From NCBI GenBank assembly GCA_030248215.1, contig JASANG010003765.1, positions 248,001 through 312,000 on the forward strand: 64,000 nt of DNA, read 5' to 3'. Source of the stretch: Enoplolaimus lenunculus (Eukaryota). The translations under genes were made by a program, and so were the position numbers. Positions 26,356 through 37,168 of the stretch are shown here, piece after piece. Position 1 is the stretch's first letter. The number at the start of each line of letters is the position of its first letter. The notes below the pieces were generated by a model. The model was given only the letters and a program-made list of their open reading frames with translations. It was not told the DNA's origin and did no database searches.

Positions 26356-26747
26356 TGTTTGATGAGAGATCGCAAAATGTAATTGGCAGTTAAATTTTAC
26401 AATGTTTGATGGTTGCAGTTCGCACGTGCGACGACTGAGGCTTGTTTTGCCTTAGCGGTTCACCATCGTGATTAACATGTATAGATTGCTATGTTGCAGC
26501 ATCCATGAAGTATTGTTCGGTTTAAATAAGATTTAAAGTCATTTTAGTGTTGATTCAATTGTGTTTCATAGCGTTGTAATTCATTTAAATAGTAAGACAA
26601 GGGCTCGTTAACTGTATTAATATGTTTCAGACATTTCCATCATGTTTCCAAGCCTGAAAAACAGCTGCCTATAACATACTGCAACGATGTGTGACGATAC
26701 AAATGATTAAATTTTTCTTGCTGAAAACACAACACTGTTGTTGAACA

Positions 26748-26939
26748 CAGTGCCGAAGCAGACAGGGGTGGGGGCTCACCTCAAACTCTAGGGTGGTGGC
26801 CCCCAAACTTAAGAGCGAAGCGAGCGAGAAGCTCGACGCATTTTAAAACTTTGTCAGTTTTTTGTTGCAACCGGATATGGTGGGGCCACTTTAGGGGGAC
26901 CCCCAAATGCGGGTATGGATAGTGGCTGCTCCGGTCCTG
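26748..26939 (+). mobile_element. hAT-like MITE (~190 bp, CAG...CTG ends)
   Basis: 8-bp flanks GTTGAACA/GTTAAACA. Copies at 2053-2240, 34626-34817 and 40742-40938. Confidence 0.8.
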
Positions 26940-27939
26940 GTTAAACACACAACGTCGTGTTCAACTGCAAATCAATTCTGTTGGCCCCAATATAAATATA
27001 ACGTGCCCTGGTACACTCCGGAAACCTTTAAAATATCTGGTATAGCGCCACCAGACCCGTACCCAGAGTGGTGTCGGGGGAGGGGAGTCTCCGCCCCCCC
27101 TTGGAACAACTTCAGCCCGGCTAGAATATTTTCAACCTTGGATGTCAGTCATTAAAACCCTTGTATGCCCTTATGAAAAATGTTTTGCCCCCTCCTAGCA
27201 CGGAGAGCTGCCTATGTGCCTTATCGCCACCTAATCTTATGGTTTGTCTACTCAAAAATATTCGAAATAGAACGTATATCGATTGTCTTGATCAGATACG
27301 TTAAATTCAATTCAACGTACCTAAATTTCCACTTCTGTTAAACGAAACGTTCACCAAGGTTTAGGACCTTTTAAGGGAGACTCAGAGGATATACATTTCT
27401 GCCCAGAATTCTTTCAGATGAGAAATGTATAGACACGTTTCCGAATCCTTCGATCTATCTTTGCCCGATTAACTCGATCACATTGAAAATGCTCATAAAG
27501 TAAAAATACTTGTATTCGAAAATCGATGCAATATAACGAATCATATACCATACCCATGTAATTGAAATAACTAAATCTTATTAAATCGGAGTCCAATGCT
27601 ACGTTTAACCATACCAGCAAGTTGGATACTGGTTTATGTTCAAAGCGTAACCCTATTCTTCATTGAATGCATTTGAACTCAATCTTGTTTGCAATTTGTA
27701 TAGCGCATGTGATTATCGCATATATGAGATTGAATCAAGGTCATTATGCGCCCTAAAGATCAATTTCAAAATTGTGAACGGCTCCACATGGATTCAGCTT
27801 GCTCTTAATGACCCACACTATTCGCAATTGAAATATTTTCTTGGGCACAGTTGCACAGTCCCAAAATTTTCACAATAAACTTCGATCATTAATACACAAC
27901 ACAAATTTTAAACCCAAGAGAGTCAGTGTTTTCTATTTT

Positions 27940-28020
27940 TATTATATATATGTATATTATATATATAATATATATTATATATATTATATATTTTATATAT
28001 ATTTATATATATATATATAG
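27940..28020. repeat. Imperfect (TA)n microsatellite
   Basis: Almost pure A/T alternation. Other (TA)n tracts at ~21580-21637, 30006-30020 and ~35870-35900. Confidence 0.85.
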
Positions 28021-28090
28021 TGAATATAAGATAATATAAAGTAACAAAACCAGCCAAGCATAAAACACGATAACAAAGTATACTAGCGAA

Positions 28091-28974
28091 CTAGGTAAAA
28101 ACTTTAAACAAGTAAGAATTAGACTGAATATTCAAATTAGGTTCTTTTTTTCTAATATAGGCAGCTTCTAAAATTTGTAAAGCTAGATTAGAAAAATAAG
28201 AATTGCTTTTTGGCCAAGAATTTAAAATTTTAAAGTCTTGTATTGCACATGAATGCTGAAGTTGAGAACAATGTATAGAAATCGCCGAACTAAGTTTAAC
28301 TGAAGATGTAGTTTTCAGGTGTGTTCGATCGGAGACCTGGCAATGTTCGCAAACACGTCGGTAGAGTTGGCGATTTGATGTGTTTGACTTCATATAGTCA
28401 GGAATGCGATCTTTGAATGAAAACATTTGGGATAATCTATTACCACTAACAACACTACTCTAACTGAAATATTAAACTTTCCAAGGTACTTCTTAAATAT
28501 TTACCTAAACCTGCCTTCAGCCTCGCTGAGTGGGAGCCGAAAAACGGAAGCTTAAGAACCAAAAATTTTTCCGGAGTATTAGTTACCTCTTGGTTTGTTG
28601 AGCCTGTGCCGGAGGAAGCACCTTCGATGTTTTGACTGGTAGTTTGCTCCTGCGAGGCATGTTCGACAGTGTTATTACTATTGGATTGCGCGTTTGCTGA
28701 GCTAGCAGTTGGAGAGATCAATGAATTCGAGACCTGCAAGTTATGATCAGTTTGAGTCAAGAGATTATTAAAATCGTAATTCAAAAAAAAGCTTTAAAGA
28801 ACTAGGGAAAATAGAAAATTTAAATCTTTTGGATAAAAATTCAAGCATAGTTTTATCAACAATTTTAATAGGAAAACCATTAGTTATAAAGAGATCACGT
28901 AAAAACTCAATTTCACTTTTAATGTTTCGGTGGTTCGAACAGATAGCAAAACACCGAAGCATTAAACAATGTAT
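28091..28974 (-). pseudogene. Inverted, decayed copy of the PLE ORF 3' part
   Basis: Same peptides on the minus strand (ORFs 28091-28426 and 28455-28784), with two 1-nt indels and a 48-nt deletion that removes the VY...YIG motif. Confidence 0.85.
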
Positions 28975-28975
28975 C

Positions 28976-29953
28976 CTAAAATTTAACTCTTTTTTACCTC
29001 TACAATATAAAACTAATCTTATACATTGTTTAATGTTTCGGTGTTTTGCTATCTGTTCGAACCACCGAAACATTAAAAGTGAAATTGAGTTTTTACGTGA
29101 TCTCTTTATAACTAATGGTTTTCCTATTAAAATTGTTGATAAAACTATGCTTGAATTTTTATCCAAAAGATTTAAATTTTCTATTTTCCCTAGTTCTTTA
29201 AAGCTTTTTTTGAATTACGATTTTAATAATCTCTTGACTCAAACTGATCATAACTTGCAGGTCTCGAATTCATTGATCTCTCCAACTGCTAGCTCAGCAA
29301 ACGCGCAATCCAATAGTAATAACACTGTCGAACATGCCTCGCAGGAGCAAACTACCAGTCAAAACATCGAAGGTGCTTCCTCCGGCACAGGCTCAACAAA
29401 CCAAGAGGTAACTAATACTCCGGAAAAATTTTTGGTTCTTAAGCTTCCGTTTTTCGGCTCCCACTCAGCGAGGCTGAAGGCAGGTTTAGGAAAATTATTT
29501 AAGAAGTACCTTGGAAAGTTTAATATTTCAGTTAGAGTAGTGTTTGTTAGTGGTAATAGATTATCCCAAATGTTTTCATTCAAAGATCGCATTCCTGACT
29601 ATATGAAGTCAAACATCGTCTACGAATTTTCTTGTCCTGATTGTCAATCAGGCTATATTGGCTCATCAAATCGCCAACTCTACGGACGTGTTTGCGAACA
29701 TTGCCAGGTCTCCGATCGAACACACCTGAAAACTACATCTTCAGTTAAACTTAGTTCGGCGATTTCTATACATTGTTCTCAACTTCAGCATTCATGTGCA
29801 ATACAAGACTTTAAAATTTTAAATTCTTGGCCAAAAAGCAATTCTTACTTTTCTAATCTAGCTTTACAAATTTTAGAAGCTGCCTATATTAGAAAAAAAG
29901 AACCTAATTTGAATATTCAGTCTAATTCTTACTTGTTTAAAGTTTTTACCTAG
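28976..29953 (+). pseudogene. 5'-truncated PLE ORF: RT thumb/C-terminal helices, linker, GIY-YIG endonuclease
   Basis: LKFNSFLPLQYKTNLIHCLMFRCFAICSN...E...L...F..NGFP is the PLE RT C-terminus. NIVYEFSCPDCQSGYIGSS.R.L..RV.EH...H...LEAAYI....PNLN.Q is a GIY-YIG domain with CxxC/H residues typical of Penelope/Poseidon elements. The RT catalytic core is absent. Confidence 0.88.
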
Positions 29954-30760
29954 TTCGCTAGTATACTTTGTTATCGTGTTTTATTGTTGGCTGGTTTTGT
30001 TACTTTATATATATATATATAATATCAGGGTGCAACCGGATATGCGATTCCGGCTCCGATATTTTAACTTGCCGGATATTGTTTTTACAAAACTTAAAAA
30101 ATATATACCATCATTTATATTTATGCGAAATACCATCGGACTGACTGACTTACTTTTACATATTTTTTCTGTTACACAGTAGATTTTTGAATGTGATAGG
30201 TTACAGTAACACTGAAAAATCAGCAGGACAATTCTATTATTTCTTAGACTAAGCCAAAGTTCAGCGTAAAAATGGGTCTATAAATAAGTAAACAAAAATA
30301 ATAACTTGTTTCCGAGCCACGGATGGGCGGAGACCGATATTGAAAAGTTTCGGTCTCGGTCAACTTCTGGTCATCACCGAAAACAAAATTTTCAAAAGAA
30401 ATTATTTCTACAGTCGGTTCCAAACCAACGAGACCCAAGAAACCGAGACTTGCCAAACACCGAGACTTGCTGAGACTGAGACCCTGGCTCCCATACCTGA
30501 TCTTAGTCACCTTAGACCTACAGAAAACTCGATTGCCTTAAAGGGAACATGAGCCAAGTGAATATTGCAACTGAACGCAACGCTACAAAAACATAGAGAA
30601 TAGTATGATAATGGTTGTTGTTGAAGTGTTAAAAATGCATCAGTGTGAGATGTTAAACTTTGTTACATAAACGCTTTGGGTACCTTAAGCAACGGAAGGA
30701 AAATTTGTAAGCTCCGCTCTGATATGTGAATGCAATCCAGTGTAAAATTTGAATTCATAA

Positions 30761-30930
30761 TCCGGCTCCGGTCCGATACTATATTATCCGGCTCCGGTTC
30801 CGGCCCGATACTATATTACTCGGCTCCGGCTCCGGCCCGATACTATATTATTCGGCTCCGGTTCCGGCCCGATACTATATTATTCGGCTCCGGCTCCGGC
30901 CCGATACTATATTATCCGGCTCCGGCTTCG
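30761..30930 (+). repeat. 32-bp minisatellite, ~5 copies
   Basis: GATACTATATTA recurs at 30775, 30807, 30839, 30871 and 30903, with CCGGCTCCGG spacers. Confidence 0.9.
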
Positions 30931-32794
30931 GCTCCGTCAGTTTTGGCATCCGTTTCGTTTCATATTTCATGTACGAACAGTTTTACATTTTGTGGCGAAC
31001 CATATTTGCAGGAGACAATAGGATAGCCTATCTTATAAATTAGGTGGCGTCATTCATTAGGCTGAATTTATATTGAACCAAAAACAAACTCAAGTGTTAT
31101 GATTTTGAATGTATCGCCGACAAAATCGTCAGCTTTGCATGTATAAAATGTGACGCGAACACTCTAGCAATTTCATACGCTCTTGTAATACCAAATTTTT
31201 TCAATGCATAACCGGATGTTGAATTTACAATTACGCTCGTATTGCAAGATGTTAGAACCATAATAATATTGGATTGTTCCTGAAAACTAGAGTTTGCTGT
31301 CATCGTGGTTAAAGCGATCACAACCAGAATTATGGGTTTATGTACAGTTTCCCTTTCACTCCTGTCAGGATTAAGGTTTAGATTTCGGAAAACTACCTAA
31401 GCCTAAACCTTTGGCTAAGTCTACATCTACGCCTAAGTCTGAGGCTGAGCTTTTAGCCTAAGCCATTTATTGCCATCAGGCGTCGTCCTATATTGCGCGG
31501 CATCGTCCGGCACCATACTGCAATGCACATAAATTGCTGCATATCACCGCACCGCACAGAAAATTTGTAAACAAAAATTTGTTGATTTCCTATGGGCTCG
31601 GCGTCGCCTGACGTAGGACGGCGCCTCAAGACAAGTATTGCGCTACCCTATACTCCATAACGCACAAAGGCAGCATATGGTTTTTACTCATAGTAATACC
31701 TTTCGCCACAAGCTTAAGCCAAAGCCTAAACCTAAGCATAAGCCAAAAAAGACTTGTACCATTTCATGCGATAAATTTATAATAATTCTTCTCAGAAAAC
31801 GCCACTTAAGGTGTCAAATAAACATTTCGTTAAACCATGTACAAGTAGAGATACTCCAATTAGCTCCCGCGCAAATACACGAACACAACCATGTCATTTC
31901 AGTGCGAACCTTTTGAACTCGAAACACGGCGGCAAACAACAAACGCGTTTTGTATTTTTACCTCACACGTACAAGCCAAGCCGGTAGCCAGGATTTGGTT
32001 TTGGGAGGGTATCATCCTAAATTAAAGGTTTTTTGGCCAGCCAACGTAGCGAGCGAGAATCGTTTTGTACTCTAGGATCCAGTAGGTTTTATTTTAGTGC
32101 GGATATGTTTTTACGCCTTAACTCTTCAACGTTTCAAACGAATGCCCCTATGTCCTTGTATACGTAACTGGTACAAGCTCAAAATGGGCTTTTCTATATG
32201 CGACATAGCTATTTCCTACAACCGGCAGTACTTGTGATAAATAAAGTTTTCCGTTGCGACTGTAGTGGCCCAACACCAAATAGTTAGCTAGCTCTCTATG
32301 GAAGGTAAACCAACGATTAAGTAAAACGACCGCACACCGTTTTGCGGACTTTGATAAGGCTAGCAGTCGCTGTATCTTTGCGATTCCTATGATAATAAAT
32401 TATTTCATCAGTTGCTCAAACGTGGCGTTAACAATGGAATATGCGCTTACACCATCAACAACTGGTTTTTCCTACATCCTGAAAATTTTCAAGTAGAATT
32501 CCTGTGTCATCCCAACTGAAGAAAACTAAAATTTCTGTCAAAAATCGCATAAGGGCGATTGAACCTTTAACCACCTGGCTACGCCCGTGGACTGAACTGA
32601 TTTTTTTGTGCGGGTTGACCAATAAACTTAATAGGCTGGGGCTCACGCGTGTCTGTGTATACCAATTCATTCTCTGTGAATCAAACCAAACCACATTTTA
32701 AAGCATTTCAGAGCTGTTATTTGTGGCTGCCTTGAATGACATCGAATTAGTCTAAAATCATCAAAAAATACAGTGTCATCCTTATTCTTTAATG

Positions 32795-32988
32795 AGAACA
32801 GGGCCGGATCGTTTTCCGGAGGTGCTGTAGCAGAGTCAGCTTAAGCTCTGGACTATAATTTTTGTTTACGCTTAGGCTTAGGTTTAGAAATAGGCTCATC
32901 CTTACGCTTACGCTTAGGCTTAGGCTTTGATTTTAGGCTTTGGAATACGCTTATACTACTGTTCCGACCCTGTTCTATACATGGGCCC
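32795..32988 (-). mobile_element. TTAGGC-type MITE copy
   Basis: Ends in CCCTGTTCTATACATGGGCC and contains TTAGGC arrays. Confidence 0.7.
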
Positions 32989-33391
32989 TTTAACGTGTGG
33001 ATTCGAGTCTAATCACAACTGTCTCAGAATTGGTGTTGAAACATTTTTAATTTTTAATGATTTCTTTGTGCTGGCAGGCAGCTGTTATGCTGGCAAATTT
33101 TAAGACCTTGCGGTTACAAATCCAAGTAAGCATAAAACGAAAAAATCTGTCCATTTAATAGTGTCATTTTAGACTGCTTTTTTATTCTATTACTAGAGCC
33201 ACATTAGCCACATTGCAATCTTAACGTTCACAGCATTGGTGTGATAAAGTAAGTAAACATCTGTTGCCTGTTGAGACAACCCACGATTAACTTTGGTGCC
33301 CCGTTCGAATTTAAGCCTAAGTTTATTTCGCTGAATTACAAAATCTATTTAAGATAGTTTAGACTGAATGATTTTTCGATGTGCAGACTTA

Positions 33392-33782
33392 CTGTAGTTA
33401 CTCGAATAACATGGAGACCGATATTTATTTGATCTCTCCAGAAAGTACCCCCCAGTTATTCGGTTACGGACAGTTATTTATTTTTAACCAGATCTCCGCC
33501 ATCCTTCGTTACTGATATATCCGGTATTGCAACTATCAGTTGAATTAAACGTGTGTTGTATCAAAAGCATTCGCGAGGTAAGGTTATACTCGCGAATGTA
33601 CTTTCAAACCTAAAGTACGCTTTAAAATCTCGAACTGAACTTTTTTGTCCTGTAGTCGTTTATATACTACAATTTTGATAATTGACATTTGTGGACTTTT
33701 ATTAGCGATACGGACTCGTATTGATTGAAACTCAAAATGGACACCCTCTCTTATTACCGCCTCTCATGTTGGTTACTACTGT
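33392..33782 (+). mobile_element. Tc2-like MITE, diverged copy
   Basis: Internal sequence is colinear with 23161-23586 (e.g. CCGGTATTGCAACTATC). Confidence 0.7.
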
Positions 33783-34625
33783 AAGTGTTATTACGCACAC
33801 CCTCTAGTGCCGCTGGGAGGTCCATAGTCCTTGTGCCCCTATTTTTCACGCCAATGATTCACAAGATAATGACAAAGTTCAAAAGCACTTTAAAACCACA
33901 GCTCCAGTGGCGGATCCATGAGGGGCACCCGGCCGTGGCCCACCCAACAGCATCTCGACAAGAATTATATAGTGTCAATTGTTGTTCTACGCTGTTTATT
34001 TCTGTTTTATACACAATAGTATATGCACGCTTTAAAGTTTCGAACTCACATTTATTTGGCCCTGTGGAGTCATTTATGCGTTACAATAGGGATAATAGAC
34101 ATTTATGGACTCTAACAAGGGTTTAAGGACTCTACGCGCTTTACTCTATTAGGGATACGGACTCCTATTAATTGGGACTCAAAATGGAGACCTCCTCTTA
34201 TTTGAGTTACTACAGTATGGGTCAAAAGTAAGTTTATTACCTGTGAAATTTTAGCCTCCCCATTTTGAGATCCTGGATCCGCCACTGCACAACTCACGTA
34301 AGTTTCAATATAAACCATTGTATAACTAAGTGTATATATTAATATTGCCAGAACTTTATCATTTTCATGTTTCGTTTTACTGGTCAGTAGTCAGTTAATA
34401 TCGGCTTTGATAAATCTGAAAAACAGCAAAGGCTTGACGTAAAAGTTAGCATTTAGCAAAACTTTAAACACAATATTAATGATAAAAGTCTTGAAAATGC
34501 AGCAAGAGTTTATTGCTTTGCTCGACATTTTGAGAAATTTATATTATAAATGAGTCACATTTTATACTTAAAATAAACAAAAAACCACAACGAAATGTTT
34601 AAGCTTTCGTTTTTACGTCTATAAT

Positions 34626-34817
34626 CAGTGCTCGAGCAGACATGGGTGGGGCTCTACCCCAAACTCTAAGGGTGGAGCCCCCAAACTCACGAGCGAAGGG
34701 ATTGAGAAGCCAGATGCATTTTAAAACTTCGGCGGTTTTTGTTTCAACCAGTTTTGTGGGGGCCCCTTTAGGGGTGGGCCCCCAAATGGACTTATGGGGG
34801 TGACTGTTCCGGCCCTG
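34626..34817 (+). mobile_element. hAT-like MITE (same family as 26748-26939)
   Basis: Colinear with the other three copies. Confidence 0.75.
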
Positions 34818-35390
34818 CCTAATGCACATTAGCACAAACCCCCCCCCCCCCCCGATCGTCTGGCTCAAAGTGTGAAAGATGAGGCGCGGCAATAATTTTC
34901 AAAAGAAAGAACGATTAAACTTTTATGATCCTACGTTGAAGGTTCGTAGCCAGATTGGAGACAGGGGGTTCAGCCATTTATAGAAAAATTTTGTTCCCCT
35001 ACAAAAATTTTAGACCCGCTGAGACGCTTGATATTTCAACTGCAGGTCCCTACTAAAATTGTTGGAGCCCCTACAGGTTGATCTTACTACAATGGTGTGT
35101 AGTTTGGGTTAACAATTATACCTCTTTTCAGCCGAGTCCAAATAATCGATGAGGTGGTGCATTCCAAGCCGACCCGGTCAGTTCTAACACCGGGTGGCAT
35201 GAACAAGCTTTGAACCAGACAGTTATCGAAATTTTCTAATTTTGACATAACTTGGGTTAGTCTTACGTTGATGCTTAGGCTCTAGTGTAAGCTTACCTTT
35301 TAGAGTATGCTTGGGGGATGAAAGTAAACAATAGCACAGATCGGCAACTAACATGATACAAAATATTATCTTACCACATAAAACTGTCTA

Positions 35391-35810
35391 CTGTAGTGAC
35401 CCGAATAAGAAGGTGTGGGGTAATAAGAGGGGGAGGGGTCCCCATTTTGAGTCTCAATCAATAGGTGTCCGAATCCCAAATAAGAGTCCGTAAGCGGATA
35501 GAGTCCCTAAATCCTAAATAGACTCCATGAAGGTCAGTTATTCCTAATTGCCGTGCATAAATGACTCCAGGACCAAATAAAATTGAGTTCGATTCTTTAA
35601 GGCGTATTCCAAAGTATAACCTTGCATGATCGCTCAAGCTATTGACGCAAGACAACTGAACATTTAATTCATCGGATAGTTGCAGTACCGGATATATATC
35701 AGTGACGAAGGGTGGCGGAGCGTGGGTTAAAAATAAATAACAGTCCGTAACCGAATAACAAGGGGGTACCCTCTGGAGAGACCAACTAAATATCAGTCCC
35801 CCCTTTTATT
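35391..35810 (-). mobile_element. Tc2-like MITE, one end degraded
   Basis: Starts TA|CTGTAGTGACCCGAATAAG; the interior is the reverse complement of 23161-23586. Confidence 0.75.
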
Positions 35811-36833
35811 ACATATAAAGGACAAACAAGGGGCATTGTTGTTCAAATAATTTTATTGAATTATATCTCGATATATATATCTATATATATATATATATAT
35901 CTAGAAAATATTCGTTGGCCAGTAAATGCTATCTTTAAGTTTGTCTGGATTTTCGCTCAATCTATTTCACGTTGTGTACTTTGCTTTTTCGTCGACGAAA
36001 CTTTTACACAAACTCTAAAACTCAGAACCTAAAATTACTCAGAATTCGTTTTGCTGTAAGCAGATCGTGTGATTTAAATTAATACTAACGCAAGTCACAA
36101 TTGCGGGCAATTAATTTGTTGAAATTGAGTACGTAGACCTCGTGATCGTTAACTTTTGAACAGAAACTTGCGCGAGGATGCCGTACAATTCAATCTAAAA
36201 TATAGTTTTTACATGAAAAATTTAACATGCGAACTACAAATGATTGCCAGGATGAGAAATTTTTCGAATCGAAACACTGTAGAGTTTTTAAAGTTTGTCA
36301 ATAAAAGATTCCAGTCGCAAATTTGGACAAAATTCAACTACGTTGCTTATTTCAAAAGACCCTAAATATCGTAAAAGTGAATTATTTTAATACTGAAATT
36401 CAAAATGTGAACCGACAGTTAATTTTGAACAGAATCCTGCGCATTGCAACGTGATGTTGAAAAGGTCATACCTTTTTTAAAAAACAGGTTTTTTCAAAAA
36501 ACTGATTGATATATTAGTACAGATGAGTGTCACACCCAGACATTTCGAATAGATTCTTTACGTTTCGTGCGTGAAACGTCTCAATTTGAAAACAAAAACC
36601 GGATATTGGGCACTTTCTACCACATATATATTAAGGTTAAGTCCTTTAGGTGTAGGCTTAGTCAATTTATTTGGCTTAGGTAGTGCCATAAGTATACCTT
36701 TTCCTAAGCCTAAGCGTAACCGTGGAGGAAGTACGCAGGAGCCCAGACGTTATTTATCTGTAAAAACCCGTAGTAGGTATTATTCATGTAGAGACTATTC
36801 AAAATATATATAGTTTTCCATATATGGAAACGG

Positions 36834-37168
36834 CAAGGTACAACCGGAAGTCGTCTCCGGTTCCGGCTCTGGTAAAATTTCTGCCGGAGGTTCTGACAAT
36901 TTCCGTAGTGAAATTTTGCAGTTGTACATAATTCATTTGTTTGATGCGTTTGGTTTAAACTTTTTGCACAATTTTGAGGAAAAAATTGACGAGATTTCGT
37001 ACAAAATAAACGTGCAACCAAGACTTAATGTCTGTCTACTAAAATAAGCAAATTAAACATCATTTTCACTGCCTAATCTCGCCTTGCGTCCGGCTTCACC
37101 TTCGGCTTTGGCTCTGGTAAATTCTGCCGACCACCGGCTACGGTATATTCACCTCCGGTTGCACCCTG
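36834..37168 (-). mobile_element. hAT-like MITE (same family as 20496-20811)
   Basis: CAAGGTACAACCGG...CCGGTTGCACCCTG, interior colinear in reverse. Confidence 0.7.

Larger units (their letters stand above)
28034..30010. mobile_element. Penelope-like retroelement (PLE), 5'-truncated, with an inverted duplicate forming a fold-back palindrome
   Basis: 28034-28974 is the near-identical reverse complement of 29021-30010, separated by a 46-nt spacer. The right arm encodes the PLE RT C-terminus and a GIY-YIG endonuclease. TA-rich tracts lie on both sides. Confidence 0.9.

Noticed and set aside
28829..28975. N-terminal 49 aa of the 374-aa ORF (and ORF 28768-29166)
   Set aside because: Antisense read-through of the inverted arm with a TTG start; not genuine PLE protein.
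30730..31026. 98-aa ORF with SGSGSGP repeats
   Set aside because: It is a translation of the 32-bp minisatellite.
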